The translations under genes and the position numbers were made by a program. The notes under the pieces were generated by a model, which made no database searches, was not told where the DNA came from, and worked only from the letters and a program-made list of their open reading frames with translations. From Candidatus Daviesbacteria bacterium (GTDB lineage: Bacteria; Patescibacteriota; Microgenomatia; Daviesbacterales; UBA10151), in contig DAIDIY010000011.1 of assembly GCA_027451625.1 (NCBI GenBank), forward strand, positions 1 to 59,951: 59,951 nt of DNA, read 5' to 3'. Below are positions 49,548 to 59,950 of this stretch, piece by piece; position 1 is the first letter of the stretch, and the number at the start of each line of letters is the position of its first letter.

Positions 49548-49955
49548 CTATTTTACAACAACAATTCCTTGAATTTTTGGATGGAGAAAATCATGATAAC
49601 CAAAATTTCCAGTTTTTGGAAATGTTAAAGTTTTGTACTCTCCCGGCTGTAAAAGATCAATAGAATTTAGAGGAGGATAAGCATTATCGATAGGATGAGG
49701 ATTTGAGTCTATCTGATGTACTTGATTATCTTTATTGACCCAGGTCACACTGTCTCCAGCTTTTATAGTCATAACTGCTGGATAAAATCCTGATGATGTA
49801 ATTTCTATTACATTTTGGCTAACAATATCTGATACCATTGAGGTTGAAGCAGAGGGAGATGGTATATCTTTTAAATGATTATAGATTCTATATCCAACAT
49901 ATAAAAAAAGAGATAAAAAGACAATTCCACAAGTTATATACCATCGCTTATTCAT
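49548..49955 (-). CDS. membrane-anchored cupredoxin-fold protein with atypical metal site
   Basis: GFYPAVMTIKAGDSVTWVNKD..HQI...YHDFLHPKIQGIVVV. Confidence 0.8.
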   Translation of the reverse strand: MNKRWYITCGIVFLSLFLYVGYRIYNHLKDIPSPSASTSMVSDIVSQNVIEITSSGFYPAVMTIKAGDSVTWVNKDNQVHQIDSNPHPIDNAYPPLNSIDLLQPGEYKTLTFPKTGNFGYHDFLHPKIQGIVVVK

Positions 49956-50111
49956 ATATATACTCTATAAGTATCATATAAAAACTGTCAAGCATGCTAG
50001 ATCTTAGAAATTAGATAAATTAAATTTATATATGTAGAATAACTAGTTTATTAATCGCTTTGGATAGATTTTTTACAGATGTTTAATCTCTTCGTAGTAT
50101 AATGGTTTAAA

Positions 50112-50474
50112 ATGAAGTTGAATGATCTTACAGCAGAGGAAAAGGCGGTAATAGTTGATAAAAAAACCGAACCTCCATTTGGTGGAGAATATGATAATTT
50201 TTTTAAAGAAGGAGTCTATATATGCAGACGCTGTAATACTCCTCTCTATACATCTGAGAGTAAATTTCATTCTGGATGCGGCTGGCCGAGCTTTGATCAA
50301 GAGATCCCGGGGAGAGTAAGAAGAGTCATTGATCATGATGGAATGAGAACGGAGATACTATGTGCTTTGTGCGGAGCCCATTTAGGACATGTGTTTCTTA
50401 ATGAAGGGTATACTGCCAAAAACACAAGACACTGTGTTAATTCTCTATCGATTAAATTTGTACCAAAAAAATGA
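50112..50474 (+). CDS. msrB: peptide methionine (R)-sulfoxide reductase
   Basis: TEPPF, CRRC, SGCGWPSF, HLGHVF, RHCVNS. Confidence 0.95.
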   Translation: MKLNDLTAEEKAVIVDKKTEPPFGGEYDNFFKEGVYICRRCNTPLYTSESKFHSGCGWPSFDQEIPGRVRRVIDHDGMRTEILCALCGAHLGHVFLNEGYTAKNTRHCVNSLSIKFVPKK

Positions 50475-51013
50475 GCAGGAATGATTTTGAGATTGCAGTC
50501 TTTGGTGGAGGATGCTTTTGGTGTACTGAAGCTATTTTTGCAAAAGTAAAAGGTGTTATCATAGTGAAATGTGGATATGCTGGGGGAAATGTACAAAATC
50601 CTACATATCTACAAGTAAGTGAAGGTAATACTGGATATGCCGAAGTAATCCAATTAGAGTTTGATCCGAAAATAATTTCCTACAGTGAATTATTAGATAT
50701 CTTTTGGCATATTCACAATCCATTTACACTTAATCGACAAGGTCCAGATATTGGAACTCAATACCGTTCAGTAATTTTTTACACAACTGATAAACAGCAA
50801 GAAGAAGCACAGAAATCTATGAAGTTTTATTCCGAATCTGAAGCCGCAGGAAATCCAGTTGTAACTAAAATTTTACCTCTTGAGAAATTTTATTTAGCTG
50901 AAGAATATCATCAAAACTATTTTGAAAAAAATCCGACTCAGCCTTATTGTCAGTTGGTCATTAACCCAAAACTAAATAAATTTTTAGAAAGATATCAAGA
51001 TAAATTAAAGTAA
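50471..51013 (+). CDS. msrA: peptide methionine (S)-sulfoxide reductase
   Basis: GGGCFWCTE, GYAGG, QG.DIGTQYRS, AEEYHQNY. Confidence 0.95.
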   Translation: MSRNDFEIAVFGGGCFWCTEAIFAKVKGVIIVKCGYAGGNVQNPTYLQVSEGNTGYAEVIQLEFDPKIISYSELLDIFWHIHNPFTLNRQGPDIGTQYRSVIFYTTDKQQEEAQKSMKFYSESEAAGNPVVTKILPLEKFYLAEEYHQNYFEKNPTQPYCQLVINPKLNKFLERYQDKLK

Positions 51014-51163
51014 TTTTAGAAATTTCTTCTATTTCCTACAATATTTAGATAAAACAATTTTTATTTAAAGTTAACCCTCTGAAATTTAAAAAGGCAAATT
51101 TTTAAGGATTTATTGATGCTATAGGTGATATTTGTTAGGATGTGTTTGTTTAATATTTATATT

Positions 51164-52771
51164 ATGGCTAAATTATTCCATAAATATATTTTTTATCTAG
51201 AGATATTAATCACTATATTTGTATTTGTACTAAGTACTTTATTTAAGCTAATACCCTCGCTTAACTATAATTTCGATTTTACGTTTGATCAAGGGAGAGA
51301 TATGATTGTTTTGAGAGATATCGTTGTTGGGCATCATCTAACACTAATTGGCCCGACTACAAGTATCAGTGGGGTTTTTTTAGGTCCATTTTGGTTTTAT
51401 TTTAATATAATACCTTTTATTCTCGGTAGAGGAGATCCCGCGCTGTTGACTTATTGGCTTATATTTTGGTATCAATTGAGTGCAATAGCGATATTTTTCG
51501 TTTTTAAAAAATTTGATAGAGTTTTAGCTTTTATTACTACCATAGTCTTTTTATCTACACCTGCATTTTTTTACTCTAGTCGTTATTTTTGGAATGCAAA
51601 CGGTGCTCCCTTGGGATTTGTTTTTTATTTTTTAGTTTTAATGATTTATCTTAAAAATAATTCTTATAAAAAGGGATTTATTTTAGGAATAATCAGTGGA
51701 CTTCCTCTCCAACTTGAAGCTGCAATTGGAATTTTAGCGCTTCCCTTTTCGATAATAATTATTTTATTATTAAAAGGTAAACGGTTTAAAAATCTTTTAG
51801 CCTATTTTTTAGGATTTTCACTTACTCTATTGCCACAAATTATATTTGATATTAAAAATCATTTCTTAATGTCAAAAAATTTTATAAATGAATTTACTAA
51901 CAGATCGCATAGCTTGGGATCTTCTCTGGGGATTGGAGATACTTTTAGAACTCATATTTATGATTTTTTCTCAATTTTAGTTCAGGCTTTACAGATAAAA
52001 GTACCTTTTTATTATTATCTTCTACTATTGATGGTAGTTGTATTATTTTTTCTTACGATGATTCATAAGTTTAACAAAAGGATAGAAACTAAGATTTTTA
52101 TTAAAGAGCTACCCGATTACGATTATAAATTATTTATTGTATCTTTTTCTTTTATCCTTCTATCTTTTATTTTTATACTCTTTTATAGATTTGTGATCTA
52201 TGATTGGTACTTAACAGGACTTTATGTACCTTTTGTTTTCATAATAAGTATATTTTTTACTTTAACTTTAAGGCTTAGAAATTTATTAATAAAATTAGCA
52301 TCTATTTTAACTCTTGTTATACTATTATTTTCCGCCTATAGCTACCAGTTACGGTTTTTCCCTAAATCATCATCAAAGGATAGAAGTATATTGGCAAATG
52401 AGCTAGCAGATATTGATTGGGTGTATAAAAATGCAGATGGACAAGGTTTTAAAGCTTATAATTATGTCCCAGCTGTTTATGATTTTAATTACCAGTATTT
52501 ATATTGGTGGTATGGGACTAAAAAATATGGTTACCAACCTTTTTCTGTCTCCTATTTAGATAATGTCCCTCAATATATTCCTGATAATAATCTCTTCTGG
52601 CATCATAAAAGGAGCTTGTCTTCTAAATATCCAATTTTTTTAATTATTGAACAAAATATTGGTAATCCTCAATTCCTTTATGCTTGGAGAGGTAATTTTA
52701 CTAAATATTGTTCTGTGAAAAGCAAAAACTTTATATGGTCAACTAAAGTTGAGGAGCTTAAAGGGTGTTAG
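51164..52771 (+). CDS. GT-C fold (ArnT/PMT-like) membrane glycosyltransferase
   Basis: FDQGRD...LIGP...GPFWFY motif, many TMs; ATG 51164 7 nt after TAATAT. Confidence 0.75.
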   Translation: MAKLFHKYIFYLEILITIFVFVLSTLFKLIPSLNYNFDFTFDQGRDMIVLRDIVVGHHLTLIGPTTSISGVFLGPFWFYFNIIPFILGRGDPALLTYWLIFWYQLSAIAIFFVFKKFDRVLAFITTIVFLSTPAFFYSSRYFWNANGAPLGFVFYFLVLMIYLKNNSYKKGFILGIISGLPLQLEAAIGILALPFSIIIILLLKGKRFKNLLAYFLGFSLTLLPQIIFDIKNHFLMSKNFINEFTNRSHSLGSSLGIGDTFRTHIYDFFSILVQALQIKVPFYYYLLLLMVVVLFFLTMIHKFNKRIETKIFIKELPDYDYKLFIVSFSFILLSFIFILFYRFVIYDWYLTGLYVPFVFIISIFFTLTLRLRNLLIKLASILTLVILLFSAYSYQLRFFPKSSSKDRSILANELADIDWVYKNADGQGFKAYNYVPAVYDFNYQYLYWWYGTKKYGYQPFSVSYLDNVPQYIPDNNLFWHHKRSLSSKYPIFLIIEQNIGNPQFLYAWRGNFTKYCSVKSKNFIWSTKVEELKGC

Positions 52772-53049
52772 TTAACAAGCAGCATTACGATTTTGAACTG
52801 AAACTTGGAGATATATTTAGCAATAAAAAAAATGAGCTACTACACTATAAATAAAGCTTATGTTGTAAGCGTTCTAAATTATAAGTCTTGTATTGTGTAT
52901 TTGGTGCTATTAAAATAAAAAGATAAGTGATTCAGGTCTGTCTCCAGAAGAGATAGGACTTTCTGCAGAATCTTCTATAAAGAGGATCAAATAAAATGAC
53001 TATGATAAAGGATTATATTAGGTGGTCTAGATCTCTTGGATCTTTTAAG

Positions 53050-53123
53050 TAGCGCGTACGGGAGTTGAACCCGTGATTTTCGGAATGAGAATCCGACGTC
53101 CTAGGCCACTAGACGAACGCGCC
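53050..53123 (-). tRNA. tRNA-Glu(CTC)
   Basis: Reverse complement: acceptor GGCGCGT/ACGCGCT, anticodon arm TCGGA-TTCTCAT-TCCGA, GGTTCAACTCC T arm; CCA not encoded. Confidence 0.95.
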
Positions 53124-53239
53124 TTTTTAGGTATTCAACAGCCTAAATTTTAACAGAAAAATCATTGATTGTCATTCAAACGTAAATTAAAATTATCTAT
53201 CTCTTGTCACTTATTGTTTTTTTCCGTTATACTACAGCC

Positions 53240-54679
53240 ATGGCAGTAGATTCATTACAACAAGAACGCTTAAAAAAATTAGAAGATTTAAAGAAAGAGG
53301 GGATCAATCCTTATCCTGCAAAAACTGGTATTAGACAACAAATTTCTCAGGCGAGAAATCAGATTAATGAGCGTGCAGCTGTGGCAGGCAGGATAAGATC
53401 TATAAGACCTCATGGGAAGATTACTTTTATGGATGTAGAAGATCTTTCAGGAAAGATACAACTCCTTTTTTCTCAAATTGATCTGACTAAAGAAAAATAT
53501 CAGATACTAAGTGATTTAGATGTTGGAGATTTTATTTGGGGTGAGGGAGAAGTATTCAAAACTCAAGCTGGAGAAATAACCATCAAAATTTCTGATTTCC
53601 AATTATTAACCAAATCATTATTGCCAATGCCGACGGAATATTTTGGGTTAAAAGATATAGAGACTAGGCTACGAAAAAGGTATCTAGATTTAGCTGTTAA
53701 TCCTGAAACGAAAGAAATGTTTTTTAAAAAAGCTAGGTTTTGGAACAGTATTCGAGAATTCCTATTAGAGAATGGGTTTGTTGAGGTAATGACACCAGCT
53801 TTAGAGGCTATCCCTGGAGGAGCAGAAGCTAGGCCTTTTATAACTCATCATCATGCTTTGAATAGAGATTTTTACCTTCGTATCTCTTTGGAACTTTACC
53901 AAAAAAGGCTTTTGGTAGGTGGCTTCGAGAAAATATTTGAAATAGGAAGGGTGTTTAGAAACGAGGGAATAGATGCTGACCATTTGCAAGATTATACGCA
54001 AATGGAGTTTTATTGGGCTTATGCAAGTTGCGATAATCTAATCTCATTTTCTCAAGAATTATTTCAGCAGATAATTCTAAAAACTATGGGTAGCTTAAAG
54101 ACTAAATATCAAGGAGAAGAAATCGACTGGAGTGGAGATTGGCCTAGATTAGATTATGGAGAAGCTTTTTTTAAAGAAACAGGCATAGATTTAGATAAAG
54201 AAGTAAGTCTAAAAAAACTTTATGACTTTGCAGAAAAACACAAAATTTCAACAGAAGAGGAGATGGGAATAGGCCGACTGATAGATAGTATATATAAGAA
54301 GGTTGTAAGACCAAAAATAATTCAACCAACATTCTTAATTAATCACCCAGTCTCTGTTTCTCCCCTTGCTAAAAGGAAAGAAGACAATCCTCAAAGGACT
54401 GAGAGAATGCAGATAGTCGCTGGGGGATCGGAACTCTGTAATGCTTATTCGGAGCTAAATGATCCACTTGATCAACTCAAAAGATTTGAAGAACAGCAAA
54501 GTTTGAGAGAGAGAGGTGATGAAGAAGCACAGATGTTAGACTACGATTTTATTGAAGCTCTAAAATATGGTATGCCTCCAGCTGCAGGATTTGGTATGTC
54601 AGAGAGACTATTTTCGTTCTTGATGGATAAACCAATCAGAGAAGTTGTATTTTTTCCTGTAATGAAAGAAGAAAGATAG
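53240..54679 (+). CDS. lysS: lysine--tRNA ligase (class II)
   Basis: GINPYP, RKRYLDL, GGAEARPF, FRNEG, YGMPPAAG; start ATG 53240 after TTGTCA-18-TATACT. Confidence 0.96.
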   Translation: MAVDSLQQERLKKLEDLKKEGINPYPAKTGIRQQISQARNQINERAAVAGRIRSIRPHGKITFMDVEDLSGKIQLLFSQIDLTKEKYQILSDLDVGDFIWGEGEVFKTQAGEITIKISDFQLLTKSLLPMPTEYFGLKDIETRLRKRYLDLAVNPETKEMFFKKARFWNSIREFLLENGFVEVMTPALEAIPGGAEARPFITHHHALNRDFYLRISLELYQKRLLVGGFEKIFEIGRVFRNEGIDADHLQDYTQMEFYWAYASCDNLISFSQELFQQIILKTMGSLKTKYQGEEIDWSGDWPRLDYGEAFFKETGIDLDKEVSLKKLYDFAEKHKISTEEEMGIGRLIDSIYKKVVRPKIIQPTFLINHPVSVSPLAKRKEDNPQRTERMQIVAGGSELCNAYSELNDPLDQLKRFEEQQSLRERGDEEAQMLDYDFIEALKYGMPPAAGFGMSERLFSFLMDKPIREVVFFPVMKEER

Positions 54680-54699
54680 AGAAGTTTTTCAATTAACAT

Positions 54700-55284
54700 A
54701 TGGATCGAACTGAAGCGATAATAGTATTAAATGAGATGCTTGAAAACAAAAATTTGGTGCGGCATTGTTTGGCTGTAGAGGCTATCATGCGCAAATTGGC
54801 GATCGTAATGAAACAAATGCATCCAGAGTTGCCGGAAGTAGAGTTTGATGAAGATGAATGGGGATTGGTTGGGTTACTGCATGATGCAGATTATGAAGTG
54901 ACAAATAAAGATCTTCAAACACATACTGATATAATTGTATCTAAACTATTAGAAAAGGGAGTCTCTAAAAGAATTATTAATGGAATTTTAGGTCATCATG
55001 AGCTCAAAAAACCAAACAGAGAAAATTTTTTAGAAAAAGGAATTTATGCGGTAGATGAACTATCTGGACTAATTACAGCGTGTGCTTTGGTAAGACCAGA
55101 TAAAAAATTATCATCTTTATCTTTGGAGTCTGTAATGAAAAAATTTAGACAGAAGGATTTTGCAGCAGGAGCATTAAGGCATCAAATCTTAAAATGTGAA
55201 GATGAATTAGGAATTCCTTTGGAAGAATTCGTCAGTATCGCACTTGCAGCGATGCAGAGTATTTCAGAAGAGTTAGGACTATAA
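54700..55284 (+). CDS. HD-domain (HDIG-type) metal-dependent phosphohydrolase
   Basis: RHCLAVE, GLLHDADYE, H, DELSGLI, FAAG. Confidence 0.88.
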   Translation: MDRTEAIIVLNEMLENKNLVRHCLAVEAIMRKLAIVMKQMHPELPEVEFDEDEWGLVGLLHDADYEVTNKDLQTHTDIIVSKLLEKGVSKRIINGILGHHELKKPNRENFLEKGIYAVDELSGLITACALVRPDKKLSSLSLESVMKKFRQKDFAAGALRHQILKCEDELGIPLEEFVSIALAAMQSISEELGL

Positions 55285-55302
55285 ATAATAATTTATTATT
55301 TT

Positions 55303-56589
55303 ATGCTGGACATTAACTATATAAAAGAAAATATCGATATCGTCAGAAAGGCCATCAATCAAAAGCACTCTCACGCGGATTTAGATCAGCTTTTGTCGAT
55401 TGATGAGAAAAAAAGAGAGCTAGTGCGTAAAATCGATGAATTAAGAGAGCAAAGAAATATAGCAGCTAAGAATAAAAATATTGAACAAGGTAAAAAGATA
55501 AAAGAGACGCTAGCCATTTTAGAACCTCAGTTAAAAGAGATTGAAAAAAAATTTTTTGATTTAATGATTTTGATCCCAAATATTCCTTTGGATAATGTAC
55601 CGGAGGGTGAAGATGAATCTGAAAATAAAGTAATCCGTAAATGGGGGGAGATAAAAGAATTTTCATTTACTCCTAAAAGCCATATCGATTTAGGTGAGAG
55701 TTTAGATTTGATTAATACCAGCAAAGCAGCGGAGGTCACAGGATCGAGATTTGCTTATCTTCTAAACCAAGCAGTAATTCTTGAGTTTGCTATTATTTCT
55801 TATACTTTTTCTGTATTACAAGATACTCAAATCTTAAAATCTATTGCTCAAAAAATTGATCCTAATATCAGCATAAATCCTTTCATACCTGTTCTGCCTC
55901 CAGTTATGATTAAACCAGATGTCTATATTAAAATGGGAAGATTAGATCAATTTCAAGCAGAAGATAGATATTATCTTCCCAAAGACGATCTATATCTAAT
56001 AGGAAGTGCTGAACATACATTAGGTCCGCTGCATATGAATGAGGTTATCTCTGAAGATAGGCTTCCTTTGCGATATATTGGATTTTCTACTAGTTTTCGA
56101 AGGGAAGCTGGTTCATATGGAAAAGATATCCAAGGCATTCTTCGTATGCACCAATTTGATAAAATAGAGCTTGAGTCTTTTTGTCTTCCGGAAAACTCAA
56201 AAAAAGAACAAGACTTTATTGTCGCTATCCAAGAATATCTTGTACAATCTTTAAATCTTCCATATCACGTAGTTGAAATATGTACAGGAGATATGGGAGG
56301 ACCTGATGCGCGACAGATCGATATTGAAACTTGGATTCCTTCTCAAAATAAATATCGAGAGACTCATACCTCAGATTTAATGACAGATTATCAAGCAAGA
56401 AGATTAAATACTAAAGTTAAAAGGAAAGATGGTAAGGTAGAGTTTGTTCATACAAATGATGCTACTGCGTTCGCACTGGGCAGAATATTAATTGCTATTT
56501 TTGAGAATTATCAACAGGAAGATGGTTGTATTTTTATACCTGATGTGCTGAAACCATTTGTTAACTTTACTAAAATTTCTCCTAAATAA
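55303..56589 (+). CDS. serS: serine--tRNA ligase
   Basis: MLDI, IPNIP, GSAE, FRREAGSYG, RMHQF, DYQARRL. Confidence 0.96.
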   Translation: MLDINYIKENIDIVRKAINQKHSHADLDQLLSIDEKKRELVRKIDELREQRNIAAKNKNIEQGKKIKETLAILEPQLKEIEKKFFDLMILIPNIPLDNVPEGEDESENKVIRKWGEIKEFSFTPKSHIDLGESLDLINTSKAAEVTGSRFAYLLNQAVILEFAIISYTFSVLQDTQILKSIAQKIDPNISINPFIPVLPPVMIKPDVYIKMGRLDQFQAEDRYYLPKDDLYLIGSAEHTLGPLHMNEVISEDRLPLRYIGFSTSFRREAGSYGKDIQGILRMHQFDKIELESFCLPENSKKEQDFIVAIQEYLVQSLNLPYHVVEICTGDMGGPDARQIDIETWIPSQNKYRETHTSDLMTDYQARRLNTKVKRKDGKVEFVHTNDATAFALGRILIAIFENYQQEDGCIFIPDVLKPFVNFTKISPK

Positions 56590-56593
56590 TTCT

Positions 56594-59500
56594 TTAGTAA
56601 TTTCTTTGCGATTTATTAGAAGGGATCTTTCCTAAGAAGACAAGAATTGCTATATATAGGGCTACAAATATAAGACCTGCAAGAGGAATATATTCGAGGA
56701 TGTCAGGCCAAAAAAATATAAAAAGCTGGCCTTTTTGACCCGGATTTATTATCCATCCATTTTCCCAGCCATTAATTTTAACGTGTGTTCCAATATTTGC
56801 TACCCATCCTTGATCATAGGCTTGATTTAATACTAATACTCCTTTAGAAGTTGAAATGTTATTAAATCTGACGGTAAACAGATGAGGAAGAATCTGAGTA
56901 TAGGTTAGCTGAAGATGATTAAGTGAATGTTTAGAAGTATTTTTTATATTAGTTAGGAAGTTGAATGGGAAAGGAATAACTTGTATATCTTTAATACGGT
57001 TTATAGTTTCAATATCACCTGCAGAATAGTTATCAAAGTGAATATCATAACCTATTCCACCATCATTCATAGGCGGGATTAAGATAAAGTTTTGTTTAAA
57101 CTGGTTATTTTTGGGAACAGATGTATATATGTCACATCTTTGACTAAAGTTATTAGCAACGCATAACCTTAAAGGTAGCCCTGTCATATTTTGGCTAGTG
57201 ATTGAAAGTAAATATCCGACGTTGTGAAGTAGGTTTGGAAGAGAAAAATAATCGCAGGTAGAACCTGATATTGAGTCAAATTGAATGTATTCGTTGTTGA
57301 TTAAAGACTGTGATGATTTTAGCGGAGATTGAAAACTACATCGACTATCAATAGTTCTATTGGAGAGCAGACTCTTGTTTAAATTGGCTATATCTAAAGC
57401 TGGAACTATTAGGGGATGATTTAGATCTAATTCATTGTGGATTTCTTTTTTATATATATCAGTGGGAGTAAGTGTAAAAATTTTTATTGGCTGAATAGTG
57501 GATACTTTAATTCCCTGATAAAAAGCTGTATCTGATGTTAATGATCCTTGATTATCTAGATAAAAAGTAAGTTGCAGGAGATTCGTATCATTGGGATTTA
57601 ATAAATAAAAATAATTGACGTGTTTTCCGTTGTTAATATATTTTTCATCTAAAAGACATCTTTTAAGAAGAATATTATATAAACAGAAATGGCCGCCTTC
57701 CTTGGCATTGGTTTTGACGGTAAAAGAAACATGTAGGATAGTTTTGAATTCGTTGACATCATTACTGCTTATAATTTCATTAAGAGGAACTTTTATACAC
57801 CCGTTAGCATTTTGAGAGATGATCTTTACAGTTTGATCAGAAAGTATTTTAGCTCCCACGAATTGATCCGGATAATAACTCCCGCATATCCCAGTAAAAA
57901 AATTTCTAAAGGGCGTACCTAATGTAAGGTTTTTCGAAGTATTATACAAAGCAATATTGTTATATGAATTATTACTTAAAAATATTACTCCTTGGTCAGA
58001 GAACACATCAGAAATATTTTTTAACATAATTGTTTGATAAGGATTTACATTTAAAAGCCAATTCCCATCTGAGGGTGGGTTAATGGGTATTGAGTATCTT
58101 AAAGTCATATTTTGCTGTTTCTGTGCAGATTGTGGAAGTTCTAGATTCAAATTTAAGTCTAAATTTTTATTACTTTCTTTAACAAAGACTTTAGATGGGG
58201 TTGCTGCTTCATTCAAAAAATAATTGTCCAAAGGGATTTGAAAATTAGTTGCCATATTTGAATCAAACCATATATTTTGATTCTTCATCCAAACTTTATT
58301 AGTATCAATGACATTCATATTATTAGACAGACTCATAAATGGATAATCAATACCTTGCTTTATGTTTTGACTTTGAATATATGTTCCTGAGTCGAGATAT
58401 AGATTATCTATGTCTACAGGGTTTGAATTATTATTTGTAAAGACAAAAGAAGGAGGCGTAAAGATTTGATTTTTTGGCTGTAGATTATTAGTAAATTGAT
58501 AAACGAAAATATTATCAAACTTTTTAACAAGAAGTATTTTTTTTGATTGTGAAAGTAGTGATTCAATATTATTAATAGAGATTTTTGTACTATCTGAAGG
58601 AGTATTATCAGGAGAAAAAATATTTTGATCTAACACTAAATAATTAATTCCATATTTTTGTAAAACTTTTTCTAGAAGAGAGATATTTTGAGAATAGATT
58701 GCATATGAAAATTGGCGGAAATAATCTTCGTTACTGGGATTCCATCGATCATAATCTCTATCCATTATAGATTGTTTGATTCCAAATGAAACAAATTGTG
58801 CTCCCTGAAATCCCCAGCGATAATAAACCCACCCCCAAAATGAAGGTATGGGTAAGAATGCTACGCGGCCTGATCCTGGCTGGTTATCTAAGTAATTAAA
58901 GAGTTTAAAATAAGCTGTAGGAATTTTGACTTGCATATACTGCGAGATTAATTCTCCTTGGAAAAAAGGCCAGCAATAAATTACCAGCCCCAAAGATACT
59001 AGTATCAGCTGGACTTTAAGAAAGTAGAAAATTATCCTTTGATGTTTACCAATAATTTTTTTAAACATTGTATAGAGTAAATACTGACCTGAGGCAAAAT
59101 AACAGCTGAAACAGAAAAATAAAATAATAGCAAATTTGTCATAAGGGAATCGAAGAGCTTCTTTTAAAATTGTTGAATGTTCTCGGAGAAAGTCAAAAAT
59201 GATATTAAATGGAGGACTGGCATTAATAATAAATAATAGTGAGATAATAAGAGGAGGAAGGAGAACCTTTAAATTTGTTTTCTTAATAAAAAAAATTGTA
59301 GATATTCCAAATATAGAGATAGAAGAGGCAAGATATCCTAAGATAAGGATCTGAGGATTTGATAGATGTTTTTTCCAATCACTAAATAGATATTCAAAAT
59401 TTTCTTTTTGATTATATATTGTCCAATTAAAAAGGAAATTTTTAAAGATAAGTGTATCTGCTATATTACCAAAAGTTTTATTTTGATCAAAAGCTTCCTC

Positions 59501-59950
59501 TGAAAAGATTTGGTTTGTTTTTGCTAGCGGTATTTTAGATGCATTTCCAGAAAATAAGAAATATAGATTAGGGGCCAGCCAAAATGAATTTATAAAAAGA
59601 GTCACGAAAATAAGTATAAGAATTTGTTTGAACTTAGATTTAAGAAAAAAAACTAATAATGAAAGAAAAACTAAAAAGTATGCAAACCATAAAGTTGAAG
59701 CATAAGCCATAGGGGCTGCCAATAGATTAATAACGGAAAACAGAATAAGAGATGATCTTGATGGTTTTTTTAGGTAAACAAGGCTTAAAAGAAATAACCA
59801 AGGCAAAAAAGCGAAACAGACTGTGAACATCTCGAAAGGTAGATAGAATTGTTGAAGTGTGCCCAAGTTAAAGAGATAAAAAAGTGCCCCTAAGAATGAA
59901 AATGTGCTGCGAATTTTTTTAGGAATGTAGTGAAGGAATGAGATTTGTAG
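56594..59950 (-). CDS. 5'-truncated large polytopic membrane protein with big extracellular domain (GT-C/YfhO-like)
   Basis: Frame stays open to the window edge (LQISFLHY...FYLFNLGTLQQFY); LRFPYDKF, C-terminal LVLNQAYDQGW...INGWENGW + TM. Confidence 0.7.
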   Translation of the reverse strand, partial: LQISFLHYIPKKIRSTFSFLGALFYLFNLGTLQQFYLPFEMFTVCFAFLPWLFLLSLVYLKKPSRSSLILFSVINLLAAPMAYASTLWFAYFLVFLSLLVFFLKSKFKQILILIFVTLFINSFWLAPNLYFLFSGNASKIPLAKTNQIFSEEAFDQNKTFGNIADTLIFKNFLFNWTIYNQKENFEYLFSDWKKHLSNPQILILGYLASSISIFGISTIFFIKKTNLKVLLPPLIISLLFIINASPPFNIIFDFLREHSTILKEALRFPYDKFAIILFFCFSCYFASGQYLLYTMFKKIIGKHQRIIFYFLKVQLILVSLGLVIYCWPFFQGELISQYMQVKIPTAYFKLFNYLDNQPGSGRVAFLPIPSFWGWVYYRWGFQGAQFVSFGIKQSIMDRDYDRWNPSNEDYFRQFSYAIYSQNISLLEKVLQKYGINYLVLDQNIFSPDNTPSDSTKISINNIESLLSQSKKILLVKKFDNIFVYQFTNNLQPKNQIFTPPSFVFTNNNSNPVDIDNLYLDSGTYIQSQNIKQGIDYPFMSLSNNMNVIDTNKVWMKNQNIWFDSNMATNFQIPLDNYFLNEAATPSKVFVKESNKNLDLNLNLELPQSAQKQQNMTLRYSIPINPPSDGNWLLNVNPYQTIMLKNISDVFSDQGVIFLSNNSYNNIALYNTSKNLTLGTPFRNFFTGICGSYYPDQFVGAKILSDQTVKIISQNANGCIKVPLNEIISSNDVNEFKTILHVSFTVKTNAKEGGHFCLYNILLKRCLLDEKYINNGKHVNYFYLLNPNDTNLLQLTFYLDNQGSLTSDTAFYQGIKVSTIQPIKIFTLTPTDIYKKEIHNELDLNHPLIVPALDIANLNKSLLSNRTIDSRCSFQSPLKSSQSLINNEYIQFDSISGSTCDYFSLPNLLHNVGYLLSITSQNMTGLPLRLCVANNFSQRCDIYTSVPKNNQFKQNFILIPPMNDGGIGYDIHFDNYSAGDIETINRIKDIQVIPFPFNFLTNIKNTSKHSLNHLQLTYTQILPHLFTVRFNNISTSKGVLVLNQAYDQGWVANIGTHVKINGWENGWIINPGQKGQLFIFFWPDILEYIPLAGLIFVALYIAILVFLGKIPSNKSQRNY

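Noticed and set aside
52772..53049. Integrated element at the tRNA-Glu 3' end
   Set aside because: Only ~280 bp of degenerate sequence; no att duplication or integrase seen
468..57815. Short ORF-track entries antisense to or overlapping well-supported genes (e.g. 8911-9300, 19103-19330, 36924-37280, 38929-39288, 48098-48427)
   Set aside because: Shadow ORFs with no motifs or independent expression signals
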